Of a stretch of DNA of 64,000 bases, positions 1 to 10,395 are shown in pieces. Source of the DNA: a virus (taxonomy: Duplodnaviria; Caudoviricetes); IMG/VR virus record IMGVR_UViG_3300048629_000034, positions 1 to 64,000 of that record. One strand, given 5' to 3'. A program made the position numbers and the translations under genes. Every line of letters begins with the position of its first letter. The first letter of the stretch is position 1. Below the pieces are notes generated by a model. It was not told where the DNA came from and ran no database searches. It saw only the letters and a list, made by a program, of their open reading frames with translations.

Positions 1-7
1 TTACTTT

Positions 8-2023
8 TTAGCATCCATCCGAGAAATTTTTATCATTGTCTATATTTTCAAGCAATCTTGCTGAAGCACTATTTATATCAAAAATCATTTGTTCTATATT
101 TTTATTGTGTTCTTCTATATTGTCGTTTTTTATATATTCATTTCTTAGGTTCATCAATATGCTTGGGAATGCTGTTTTCCAGTATCCATTATCCTGATTG
201 TGAGTTATTTTGTTAGGATAAGTATCTACCAGTAATTTCTTGATGTCGTTATTTTGCTCAACTGAGGCTTTTATTAGTTCTGTCATAAGCTTGTATGAAT
301 TATCTTTGTCTGTGCCTTTTTTCCCTGCTATTTTTATACCAGCAGACTTGTTGTATTTACTATATATGTCACTATCGAATTTACCACTCTTTAATGTTTG
401 ATATGCATGCTCCACACTATAGTATTTTTTACCGTTATACATAAATTCTCTTTTAGCCAAATTACTCAATTGACTATTCTCATTAGAACCATACCATATA
501 TTTATAATGCTTGTATCAATGCCTTCCATATGATCTGTATACAGAACCAATGCTTGCAGATGACTGTATTTATCATTTCTTCCTGTACCACGATATGATA
601 CTGTTTCATCTATAATTGCATTACCGTTATCATCCTTAGGCATGACTTCTGTTATATTCTTACCGATATGCTGTCTTTTTTTATCAAGTATTTTATATTT
701 CTCATCAGTTTGACTTGGTATTATGCCCTTATATTTTCCATTCTCTATGAACTCTTTTGAGCTTTTATCGCTCATCAACCAGTTGTAGAATATCTCAGTA
801 GCCATACCGTTGTCTTTTGTGTTTATTTTTATGTATGGTAACTTTGTTAAATTAGCTTGTATGTTTTTACCCAGCGCCAAAGCAAATGGGTTGCTATAGT
901 TATATGGCTTGCCTCTACCTTCATTTGATGCTCTTTGTGCTACAATCTCATTCTTCCAGAACTTACTGCTATTATCCATATCATCAAATGCTCCACTGAA
1001 GTCGATTTTACCTAGTTTTTCCAGTAGTTCAGTATCAGGCTTAATTTCTTTTTTTATGTCAGTTTTATAATAATCAGCAAACAGTTTATGTATTTTATCG
1101 GATACTTTGTCTATTGTCTCTTGATCATAATGTGGCGCTGGTACCCATTCGTTAGTTTCTTCATCTTTGTTGTCGTATATTTCGAGTTTTCTAGCACCAA
1201 TTCCAGCAAATTTCATACCTTTGGTTATTTTAACTTTATCGTCTTTTGTTTGCTCAAACTTTCTTTTATTGTAATTGAATTTGTACCAGCTAAGGTCTGT
1301 AGGATTAAGCACGTATATGTCTCTATTTGATGCTTTTGCAATTTCTATAGCAGTATTGGTTCCTCCAGAGCCACTTGTTTTGTCGTCAGTTAGCTCTGAT
1401 ATTGCAAATATTGTATCTGATTTTCTTACTTGTGATACATTTCTAACCTGAAGTCTCTGAGGATATGTTGCTTTTGATTGCTCTAGTGGATATTGATTTT
1501 CGAACACATTACTATAGAATTCCACATTTTCTCGATACAGCTCATCAGACATTACAGCTCCGTATTTGCCTTTTAGTAATCCTGCTAAGTAGGATTTATC
1601 TCCTTTGCTATTGCCATATCTTGCAGTTATATGATTATTTTTTATGTCATTACCATACTTAGAGCCAATAATATCGAACAGTGCATCAGCACCTCTCGCA
1701 CCACCACTTGTATTTATTGTAGCATCACTATTCGGAATTTCATCAAATCCATCTATCGTAGACAAATCTAATTTTCCAGATTTTGCAGCTTTACTCAACC
1801 TATCACTATTCTTCTTGTATATTTTAATTTCAGGAGCAGTTGCATTTTCAAGCTCTTTTATTTTATTGATTATCTCACTATAATCTTGACCATTATTCGA
1901 TATTAATTCTTTTGCAATTTGTTTTATGTCGGTTAATTTATTATTTTTTTTATCAGCTTTACTACTAGATATACTATTTAGTATTTCAAGCAGTATATTA
2001 TTTAATTTGTTACATTGTGACAT
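8..2023 (-). CDS. Multidomain protein: SLOG (cpYpsA-like) domain plus C-terminal NADAR domain; probable virion cargo
   Basis: SGGARGAD and GGTNTAIEIA...FAGIGAR match SLOG motifs; NIWYGSNENSQLSNL...YYSVEHAYQ matches NADAR. Lies directly downstream of vRNAP. ATG at 2023 has an AGGAGA SD. Confidence 0.7.
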   Translation of the reverse strand: MSQCNKLNNILLEILNSISSSKADKKNNKLTDIKQIAKELISNNGQDYSEIINKIKELENATAPEIKIYKKNSDRLSKAAKSGKLDLSTIDGFDEIPNSDATINTSGGARGADALFDIIGSKYGNDIKNNHITARYGNSKGDKSYLAGLLKGKYGAVMSDELYRENVEFYSNVFENQYPLEQSKATYPQRLQVRNVSQVRKSDTIFAISELTDDKTSGSGGTNTAIEIAKASNRDIYVLNPTDLSWYKFNYNKRKFEQTKDDKVKITKGMKFAGIGARKLEIYDNKDEETNEWVPAPHYDQETIDKVSDKIHKLFADYYKTDIKKEIKPDTELLEKLGKIDFSGAFDDMDNSSKFWKNEIVAQRASNEGRGKPYNYSNPFALALGKNIQANLTKLPYIKINTKDNGMATEIFYNWLMSDKSSKEFIENGKYKGIIPSQTDEKYKILDKKRQHIGKNITEVMPKDDNGNAIIDETVSYRGTGRNDKYSHLQALVLYTDHMEGIDTSIINIWYGSNENSQLSNLAKREFMYNGKKYYSVEHAYQTLKSGKFDSDIYSKYNKSAGIKIAGKKGTDKDNSYKLMTELIKASVEQNNDIKKLLVDTYPNKITHNQDNGYWKTAFPSILMNLRNEYIKNDNIEEHNKNIEQMIFDINSASARLLENIDNDKNFSDGC

Positions 2024-2034
2024 CAACTCTCTCC

Positions 2035-5000
2035 TTATTTACAGTTTTCTATTTTTATTTTATCTAATATTACATTCAATGTAGCAAATAATCTCGGTAT
2101 AGTCTTTTTCTTATTTGGTTCAACTAGATCATCTAAGTTGTTTATTTCGTCGATATTATCCAGTTTCTTCTCAGCAAATATACTAGCATCTCGATATGTA
2201 TCTTTTGTACCAGGCAGAGCATCGGCCATGAATGATTTCACATTATCTATTATACTATCAGTGTCTATATTTGATTTATTATCTACATTAGCACTATGCC
2301 CAGCTTCTTTACTGTATACCATTTGATGAACTTCTACTGGCAATTTACTGTATAGCTCAACTCTTTTGTTGTTGATTTTAACTTCTTCCTCCATGTTTTT
2401 AAGCATACTCTCGATGTCAATTGGACCTCTGTCGGTGAAGTTATCGTATTCCACACTAGCAATTATTTGATCTTTTTTCGAAGCATTCTTATTGTCATTG
2501 TTTAATTCACTGACTATATCGTCAAACCCATTATTGTTGGCAAATTCTATTGATTCTTGTAATGATTTCAGTGCAGAATCATATATGTTCCATTTATTGT
2601 TTAATTCATAGAATAATTTATTATACCTTTTAGCTATTTCATCCATAGTGTATGGATTGGCTACTAATGCATCAAATACTTGTTTTACATCGAACCCTTC
2701 CATTATCATACTCATTATTGCTCCATCTAGTGTATGAATCGGCAGTACACCACCAGCACTTCCTGATGCAGTTACAGTTTTTCTAACTACTGCTGATTTA
2801 GTTGATTTTATGTCTTTAGTTTCACCATCAGCACCAGTTATTGTTAGCTCGTCTTTCAGAGCTACAGTTACCGACTTTCTTTTTGTTTTATCATTTGAAT
2901 TTTGGAATATACCAACTCCATCTTTTTTGCTTGAACTTAATGGAGTTTTCATAGCAGGATAAGCCTCAATCATTGATTCTCTGATTTTAGTCATATCCTC
3001 TATAGTAAGCATCTCAACTGACTTATCGTTAGCTTTAGCAAACTCTTCTTTTTTCTTATCTAGTACTTTATTATATATCATTACTGATATCTTCATAGCA
3101 TTGTTTATATTATTATTTGCCTTATGGAAGTGAGAGTGGCTCTCTTTTAATATATCAGCAGCAGCCATACCGTATGTATTCGAGAATATATCTCTAATCG
3201 CCGTACCTATGCTACCTGTGTAATCAACTCCATCCTGTACTGATTTAGCTTGGACCATGATTGCTTCTGAACCTTTATATTCAAGTATATATGCAATTTT
3301 TCTCATATTTGAACTTGATGTAGTAACCTCTAGCTCTACATCTTTGTTTTCTTTTTTTCTGTTTGTATTTATTTGTTTAACTATATCATCTATAGTAGTT
3401 AATCCAATTGTCATAGGAGATGACTCATACATACTATCTGGTATTAATTCTTTGATTATTTTCCATTCCATTACATCTTCTTCAGCGATGTTGTCAGTAC
3501 CCATTACTTTTTTTGTGAATGTATTTAGGAACTCTTTACTTAGGTCATTACCTATCCCAATTGCTATTGACTTGCTTCCTGAACCATATGCATCTTTCAT
3601 CAGTGGGAATTTCATGATATCTCTACCATCTTTTGTAACCACTAATGTACCACCATTATCTTCAACGAATTCAAACTCATATCCGGACTTAAGCAGATGT
3701 TGCGCATACACAGATGCCTTTATTATTGAACTAGCCTTTTTACTCTTTGAATCAGCCTCTTCTCTCTCTCGTGTTTGTTCTAGTATCTTGGTTAAACGAC
3801 CCAATAATTTGGCTAAGTCCTCGTATAAGTCATCCATTGTGCTGAACATGTCGTTTGGTGACTTATCTCCGATTGAATCTTGCGGATAGTAGAATACACC
3901 AGTCTTTTTTGATTTACTGATTTGTGTATCGTAATTTGGGAACGGTATTTGCATAATCTTGAATGCTGGACCATTTGTCTTTCCATCTGATTCTACAGTT
4001 AGTGTTGTCTTGACTGACTTATTACCGTCTTTTCTTGCTTTATCTATTTTAATTAGCGTATCTAATGCAAGTTCCGTTTGACCTATGAACTCATAGTGCA
4101 GCGATATCTCTTTACCGTTGACTGTAATTTCAATTGAATCTTTAGCATCTGGATCTAGTATATAGTCATTAACTATTTGTTGTAATTTTGCCACATCAGT
4201 TTTTAGTATTTCGTCAGCAAATACATTAATCTCTTCGTCGGTTTTTCCTTCGAATTTCATACCAAATGATTGTGCTATTGCTTTTTTGAATCCTAATCTG
4301 TAGTTACCTATTTCAATCTCATACTCATCATCTGACTTATTGAACAGGAATCTAGAGAAGTGCTTATCTCCTTGATAATCTCCAACTCCTGGGTCCGTCA
4401 TTGTTCTACCACTCTTAGCTAGGAAGTAGTCAAGCATTATCTCTCTGTGAGCTTTTGGATCTGAATCTATCCTATCATAGTGTTCCAGTAATGTATCTAT
4501 ATTATCATCTATCGACCTATTTAGTCCTTTTTGAGCTTCTATCATGTCGAACATCGTATGTTCTTTTTTTAACTCATCTATATCTTTCCAGCCAAGCAAT
4601 CTCTTGTATTTTAGTACTTTCTTTTCTCTCTTCTCAGAACCAATCTTACCGAACATCTTACCTATTAATTCTGTATTCATAGTAAGTACTCTGTTCTCTT
4701 CGGTAACAATTGCATCAGTGTTAGTTTTTGAACCAATATTTAACGGATTATTTCTAACTTTAACTCTATAGTCTTCGTCGTGTTTCTTCGTTCTGGTTCT
4801 TGGATAGTTAGTTATTGAATCATCTGATATTTCATCTGCTATTGCGTTTAATTCTTCTTTGCTCTCATTGATTGTTGCGATGTGTAACTTTTGACCACTA
4901 TTTTTTATTGAACTATCGTACTCTATGAATTTATTATGCAGTTTAACCATTGGTGTAGTTGTTTTTTCGTCTGTACCATTTAGCTCTAAAAACTCAACCA

Positions 5001-8000
5001 TCTTTTGTTTTTCTAGGTATAGTAGTGCAGCCATACCTAATCCTGCAGCATATTGTTCATACACTCCGTCAACTCCACTATCCTTTGGTTTTAATCCAAG
5101 TTGATTAATTATTGCTCTACCAATCGTGTCAGCTACATATACTCTAGGGATACCTTTGTTTGCATACTCTGTTAAGTGAGCTGGAGTTATATCATCTTCA
5201 CTTATATTTAGGAATGTAGACAGTTTATTTGAGTCCATACTAATCCAAGTTGAGCTTGACCTATTGAATGCAGATAATGCTTCTATCGAAATTGCTAATG
5301 CAACATTATCATTAACTGGAGCATTATTTTTAGCTTCCGAGAAGTCATACATTAATTGCAGCGATGGATTATTAATTACATGCATTGTACCTTTTTTGTC
5401 TTCTGTTCTTATGTCTCTATTTAGTAGTCCATCAAATATATTATGTATATCCTTTTCTTCGTAGAATTTAACTAGCTCAGGAAACTCTTCTTTGATCATA
5501 TCGTGTTCGTTTTCAAATTTATCACTAAATGCATATGTAGCAAATACTGTATGCTTACCGTCTTTTATATCGAACACTTCATTTGGTCTCAGGTGCTTGT
5601 TTTTATCAGACAACCTGTTTGTGTTAATTATATTGTGTATGCTTAATATCTCTTTATCTTTTATTATCTCTAATCTTGAATCTCTGAGTTTATCTGCCTT
5701 ATTTCTTAGCTTAGCTTCTCTTTTTGGAACTACATTATTGGTTCTGGTAACTAATTGCTGTTGTTTATCATTTAATTCTTTTTGTTTTGCATCGTATTTT
5801 TCATTTAACCTAACTCTTATATTACTAAGCACGCCATCTATTAATTTTTTGATTTTCTCACCATCAGACTCTATGTTTCCAGCTATTATTAGTAGCTCTC
5901 TTGCTATTGAGCTAATACTATTTATCGGCTCATTTTCTCCAGTGTCTTTTATGTATTTAAGCAGTGTAGTTTTTATTTTGTTAGCAACAGCAGATCCGTC
6001 TGTCTTTGATTTCTTTATATTATTTAATTCTTGTAGTAATTTGAATAGTTGTCTGTTATCTGCATCCAATTCCTCTATTTCTTGGTTTAGCTCGTCCATG
6101 TTGTCTTTATTTTTTGAACCAATTCTAGCCGCATCTCTTCTTAGTAGCTTACCAATTAATTCATTTACATATTCTTCTCGCTTCTTTGCTTTCTCTTTTA
6201 GCTTGTTATAGCTTATTGTTATTCTACCAATAAGACCTTTATTTGATTTAATTTTCTTGTATGTATCTTTTATATCTGCATTTATCTTATCTAACTTATC
6301 TTTTTGGCCAGCTCTATAATCTGAGTTTTCCTTTTTTGTCTGAATCTCTTTGTAGCCTTTTATTTCTTTTAATCCGCGACTACTGATCTTTTCTAGTATC
6401 AGCTTCTTTCTGTCGTTTTGGTATATATCTTTAGTAGTATAACCATGTTCATCAGCAAGTTCTTTTATTTGTTTACCATTGTTTTTAGCAAATTCGCTCA
6501 GCTTTGCAGTTGCTTCACGATAATCAATCATATCTGAACTATATTGCTCATCTGTGTATTTGTCGTTGCTTGAGCCAGCTTCTAGCTTATCTAGTGCAGA
6601 ATTAATATTATCTTTGATTTCATCTAATCTAGTTTTTGTATCTGGCTCCGATTGTTCTTCATCAGCTTGGTCCTCAATCTCATTATTATCATTTTTGTCT
6701 GGATTTTCTTGTTTTGGTTTAGGCTCCACTGTTTGTTCATCGAACGGAACAGCAGCAAGCTCTCCATTCATCGTTCGTTCTATTTCATCTTTACTTGATT
6801 GCTGTTGTGCAATTGGTTCTGATTGATTATTTGCATTAGTATCAGTTTTGTCTTTATTTATATGCTCAAATGCAGTACCATTGCTATGATTTATATTTGC
6901 AATTTCGCTCATCATTTTAGCTACATCACTAGTGTTATTTGCATCCAAGTCTGTCATCAGAGCATTAAGTATCATATCATCTCTGTTGATTGCATTTATT
7001 GTTGTATTAACTCCAGTAGGTAAATACAGTTTATCTTTTTGTGCATTATCAATTTTGTCACTATTAGCTATTGCTGTATTTAGTAGTGATCTTATTTGGT
7101 CTTGTGGATTAATTGTAAATATAGCACTTTCGCCATCTGCACTTACTTTCTTAGCGGGCTTTTTAGTGTTAGACATTGGAGCAGCATATCTTTTTTCAAT
7201 ATCTTTTAGTGGGTATTTACCGCCCTTTATATCTGCTTTTAATTCAGCAGGTATCTGATATTCATCCTTGCTTAGCTTAGCATCGCTGTCGCCAGTTATT
7301 TTAGTGTATAATTCATTCCATTTTTTATAGGAACTAACTACATTACCACTTGTACCATCTTCCAGAAATTTTACATAATTGATTATTTGTTTTATTCTGG
7401 TATTCTTATTAGTGCTGAACCCATAATTATTCAAGTGTGCTTTATTATTTTCAATCATACCCTCAACTGCTTTGTTTAACACACCTGATTTTAAGCTTAG
7501 ATGGTGGCTGTATTCATTTAGTCTACTCTCTAGCTTATCTACTACTTTTTCTAGGCTCTTTGTATTTTTGCTTTCAGTCTTTAATTTAGCTATCTTCTTC
7601 AGTTGATTAACCACACCATCTTTCCCTAGGAATATCTCACTCGATACCTTTTCATGTAATGGAACATCTAACGAACTATCATCTTTGATCATGTCTCTTA
7701 GATTACTATTTATTGATTGAATACTATCTATGTTGTCTACATATTTATGTATCACTTGCTTATCTTCAGCAGGTATTGATTTGTCAGCATTTAATGCTTC
7801 TAACAATTTGCTTATCTTTTGTCCATTTAACGCATCGTTAGCAGACTCATCATTACCGAATGCATATGCGAGTGTATTTATATAATCAGCAGTTGAACCA
7901 CGACTCTCTCCTTCTGCATACATAGTCTCGTTAGTCATATTGTCATATTTGTCTGCATAGTGTTTGTCTATTGTATCCTGCATATACTGTTTAGCTTTAT

Positions 8001-10314
8001 CTACTTTTCTTTGTAGTTGAGTATTCTTATCTGACAGTATCTCATTATCTTCTTGATTATCCATATCTTTTTCGAACTCATCAAGTATAGCTTGAGCTGT
8101 TTTTACGTCTCCATTCGCCATTAGTCCGTCGAATCCAGGAATATATATGTTATCTATATTTGAACCAATTATTCTCTCATTGTTCATCAATTCTATCTCG
8201 GCAGTAGTTTCTTCTGGAGTCATATCTTTGGTTCTATTTGCTATGTACTTGGCTTCTTTTCTTTTATCGTACTTGGTCTTAGCTATCGAACCAATATCTT
8301 TTGCCACATGTAATCCAGCTCCAGGCACTGCACCTAATGCACCTGACCCTAATCCCATGAATGCTCCAGCACTTGCTTTGGTTCTAGTATCTTCACCCAT
8401 AGCTTCTTCTAGTCCAACTTGACCTATCATATTACCATCTAAATCAGTTTTGTTTGTACCATACACTCTGTTGAATGCATCTACGAACGATTGAGTATAT
8501 TCTTGACCGAACTCAGCTAGTCCAGCTGTTGCTAATTTAGTTCCTGCTTGACCTAGTGAACCAATGAATTTAGCAGCAGCATTTTTATCTTTGAATGCAT
8601 TCATTAATCTTGTAGCTGATTCCCTAGTCGGCAGACCTTTAATCGTATATTGTAGCGATGCTTTTTCTAGTAGTGCTGCAGGTAGGTTCAGTGCGAACAT
8701 TCCAGCTACTTTGCCTAGTGAGGCCATCTCTCCACCATTAGCCGCAACTACATCATCCAATTGATCGTTAGTCCATGTAGTTGCCATACCAATTTCGTTT
8801 GCATGATTCGCTATGAATAACTTAGCCTTGTCTTTCATTGGCAATGCTTTCATCATCTCAGCTGATTTAGCTAACTCTGCTTTAGCTGCATCACCTTTTA
8901 GTTTCTTTTTAGCTATTGTTTTTTGAGCTTTAGCTGTTTCTTCTAGTGCATCTCCAAGTAGACCCTTGAATCCTTTTTTAACTAGTTTACCAACTACTGC
9001 TGCTCCTGAAGTAGCTAACCAACCCAAACTGTATACGAATTGATCTGCGGAATCTGTAACTTTGTCTAGCATATCTAGTGCTACTTCGCCGTTACCTTTT
9101 TTGAATAACTTTCCATATGTACTTGGATGCATAGCTTCTACACCATCAGTAAGTTTACTGTATAGTCTATCTACATCAGCAGCTATATTTTGTTGTCTGG
9201 CTACATCTTGACCAACTACACTTTGTACGAACAATTGTCTATCTTTCTCCGACATTATGTCCCATTTGTCCATAGCATCAGCAGCATCTTTGAATCCGAA
9301 TGCATTTAGTGTTCTAGCACCTGCATTACCTATTAATTCAACCACCGAGTCTGCTTCACTTGTTAATCTATCTAATCCACCAGCTGTGAATTGTTTAATT
9401 ATATTTGATGGAGCCAATGAATCCCATAAGGTACTACCACCTTCTTTTGTGAATACCATATCTTTGATGTCTTTTTTTCTAGCAACTCCACCTAAGTTGT
9501 AATCAGCCACATCGTCAGATTCCATTATATTTGGATTGTATTCTTCGGTGTATCCTCTTTTTGCTCCCATCAATTTGTGCAGATAATCACCATTGTCGTA
9601 TGTTCTATTACCTAGTGCTACATCGGAACCATGTATAGTAGCCTCAGCAGTTACTGTATCATTGTATGGTTTTAATATCGCCATACCTACATCACCTAAT
9701 TTTCTTGGAGTATATCCTGCACCTGTAGTTGGTTTACCATTCCAGTTATATGTATCTAGTACATCTGAGTCTGCACCTTGACCGTATGTATGTCTAGCCA
9801 TCCCCATTTTAGTTGAACCATCATTAGCTAATCCTTGATACAGTGTACTTGCTTTACCATTGTATGGTTTTTGTTTCCATTGACCATCTTCGTAGTAGTG
9901 ATGGATATATTGGTTCTGTACACCAGTTTCAGTTAAGTAATCATCGGCTTGGTCACTTATGTATTTTGCCATTTGGGCAGGAGTTTGCAATGCATGATTT
10001 CTGATTTTATTTGCATTTGAGTAGAACTTGCCATCCTCGACAAATCCAGTATTCTTTTGCAATGGTATTGGATTATTAGTTATACTTCCATTAGTAGTAT
10101 TTTGATTTATTCTTCCGTCTATGCTTGCTTGATTTAGTGCATTGAACTGTGAGTTTTGACCCAACTTCTTAGTCAATCCTTGTAGCTTCTGCTGAGCTTT
10201 ATTGTCTAATTGTTGTTCTAGTGTTGGTTCTTGAGTCTGTCCGTATAGGTACTTCTCTGCATCTTGTGTTGATATATTTTGGCTGTATGCCAGGTATTCT
10301 GCATCTGTTAACAT
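2035..10314 (-). CDS. Virion-encapsidated RNA polymerase (N4 gp50-like), 2759 aa
   Basis: Motif A TVESDGKTNGP, motif B RDIMKFPLMKDAYGSG, IHTLDGAIM and motif C KQVFDA resemble N4 mini-vRNAP. Giant size and a single Cys. Confidence 0.93.
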   Translation of the reverse strand: MLTDAEYLAYSQNISTQDAEKYLYGQTQEPTLEQQLDNKAQQKLQGLTKKLGQNSQFNALNQASIDGRINQNTTNGSITNNPIPLQKNTGFVEDGKFYSNANKIRNHALQTPAQMAKYISDQADDYLTETGVQNQYIHHYYEDGQWKQKPYNGKASTLYQGLANDGSTKMGMARHTYGQGADSDVLDTYNWNGKPTTGAGYTPRKLGDVGMAILKPYNDTVTAEATIHGSDVALGNRTYDNGDYLHKLMGAKRGYTEEYNPNIMESDDVADYNLGGVARKKDIKDMVFTKEGGSTLWDSLAPSNIIKQFTAGGLDRLTSEADSVVELIGNAGARTLNAFGFKDAADAMDKWDIMSEKDRQLFVQSVVGQDVARQQNIAADVDRLYSKLTDGVEAMHPSTYGKLFKKGNGEVALDMLDKVTDSADQFVYSLGWLATSGAAVVGKLVKKGFKGLLGDALEETAKAQKTIAKKKLKGDAAKAELAKSAEMMKALPMKDKAKLFIANHANEIGMATTWTNDQLDDVVAANGGEMASLGKVAGMFALNLPAALLEKASLQYTIKGLPTRESATRLMNAFKDKNAAAKFIGSLGQAGTKLATAGLAEFGQEYTQSFVDAFNRVYGTNKTDLDGNMIGQVGLEEAMGEDTRTKASAGAFMGLGSGALGAVPGAGLHVAKDIGSIAKTKYDKRKEAKYIANRTKDMTPEETTAEIELMNNERIIGSNIDNIYIPGFDGLMANGDVKTAQAILDEFEKDMDNQEDNEILSDKNTQLQRKVDKAKQYMQDTIDKHYADKYDNMTNETMYAEGESRGSTADYINTLAYAFGNDESANDALNGQKISKLLEALNADKSIPAEDKQVIHKYVDNIDSIQSINSNLRDMIKDDSSLDVPLHEKVSSEIFLGKDGVVNQLKKIAKLKTESKNTKSLEKVVDKLESRLNEYSHHLSLKSGVLNKAVEGMIENNKAHLNNYGFSTNKNTRIKQIINYVKFLEDGTSGNVVSSYKKWNELYTKITGDSDAKLSKDEYQIPAELKADIKGGKYPLKDIEKRYAAPMSNTKKPAKKVSADGESAIFTINPQDQIRSLLNTAIANSDKIDNAQKDKLYLPTGVNTTINAINRDDMILNALMTDLDANNTSDVAKMMSEIANINHSNGTAFEHINKDKTDTNANNQSEPIAQQQSSKDEIERTMNGELAAVPFDEQTVEPKPKQENPDKNDNNEIEDQADEEQSEPDTKTRLDEIKDNINSALDKLEAGSSNDKYTDEQYSSDMIDYREATAKLSEFAKNNGKQIKELADEHGYTTKDIYQNDRKKLILEKISSRGLKEIKGYKEIQTKKENSDYRAGQKDKLDKINADIKDTYKKIKSNKGLIGRITISYNKLKEKAKKREEYVNELIGKLLRRDAARIGSKNKDNMDELNQEIEELDADNRQLFKLLQELNNIKKSKTDGSAVANKIKTTLLKYIKDTGENEPINSISSIARELLIIAGNIESDGEKIKKLIDGVLSNIRVRLNEKYDAKQKELNDKQQQLVTRTNNVVPKREAKLRNKADKLRDSRLEIIKDKEILSIHNIINTNRLSDKNKHLRPNEVFDIKDGKHTVFATYAFSDKFENEHDMIKEEFPELVKFYEEKDIHNIFDGLLNRDIRTEDKKGTMHVINNPSLQLMYDFSEAKNNAPVNDNVALAISIEALSAFNRSSSTWISMDSNKLSTFLNISEDDITPAHLTEYANKGIPRVYVADTIGRAIINQLGLKPKDSGVDGVYEQYAAGLGMAALLYLEKQKMVEFLELNGTDEKTTTPMVKLHNKFIEYDSSIKNSGQKLHIATINESKEELNAIADEISDDSITNYPRTRTKKHDEDYRVKVRNNPLNIGSKTNTDAIVTEENRVLTMNTELIGKMFGKIGSEKREKKVLKYKRLLGWKDIDELKKEHTMFDMIEAQKGLNRSIDDNIDTLLEHYDRIDSDPKAHREIMLDYFLAKSGRTMTDPGVGDYQGDKHFSRFLFNKSDDEYEIEIGNYRLGFKKAIAQSFGMKFEGKTDEEINVFADEILKTDVAKLQQIVNDYILDPDAKDSIEITVNGKEISLHYEFIGQTELALDTLIKIDKARKDGNKSVKTTLTVESDGKTNGPAFKIMQIPFPNYDTQISKSKKTGVFYYPQDSIGDKSPNDMFSTMDDLYEDLAKLLGRLTKILEQTREREEADSKSKKASSIIKASVYAQHLLKSGYEFEFVEDNGGTLVVTKDGRDIMKFPLMKDAYGSGSKSIAIGIGNDLSKEFLNTFTKKVMGTDNIAEEDVMEWKIIKELIPDSMYESSPMTIGLTTIDDIVKQINTNRKKENKDVELEVTTSSSNMRKIAYILEYKGSEAIMVQAKSVQDGVDYTGSIGTAIRDIFSNTYGMAAADILKESHSHFHKANNNINNAMKISVMIYNKVLDKKKEEFAKANDKSVEMLTIEDMTKIRESMIEAYPAMKTPLSSSKKDGVGIFQNSNDKTKRKSVTVALKDELTITGADGETKDIKSTKSAVVRKTVTASGSAGGVLPIHTLDGAIMSMIMEGFDVKQVFDALVANPYTMDEIAKRYNKLFYELNNKWNIYDSALKSLQESIEFANNNGFDDIVSELNNDNKNASKKDQIIASVEYDNFTDRGPIDIESMLKNMEEEVKINNKRVELYSKLPVEVHQMVYSKEAGHSANVDNKSNIDTDSIIDNVKSFMADALPGTKDTYRDASIFAEKKLDNIDEINNLDDLVEPNKKKTIPRLFATLNVILDKIKIENCK

Positions 10315-10324
10315 ATGTAGGTAT

Positions 10325-10376
10325 TCTCCAGTATATTGTATTTTCTAATTATTAGATTATACTATCATACTGGAGA
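10325..10376 (-). promoter_or_regulatory. Inverted repeat covering the vRNAP SD, with an internal -10 box
   Basis: TCTCCAGTAT (10325-10334) pairs with ATACTGGAGA (10367-10376). TATAAT on the minus strand at 10356-10361. Confidence 0.5.
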
Positions 10377-10395
10377 TTTAAGTTAGCTTATAGGT

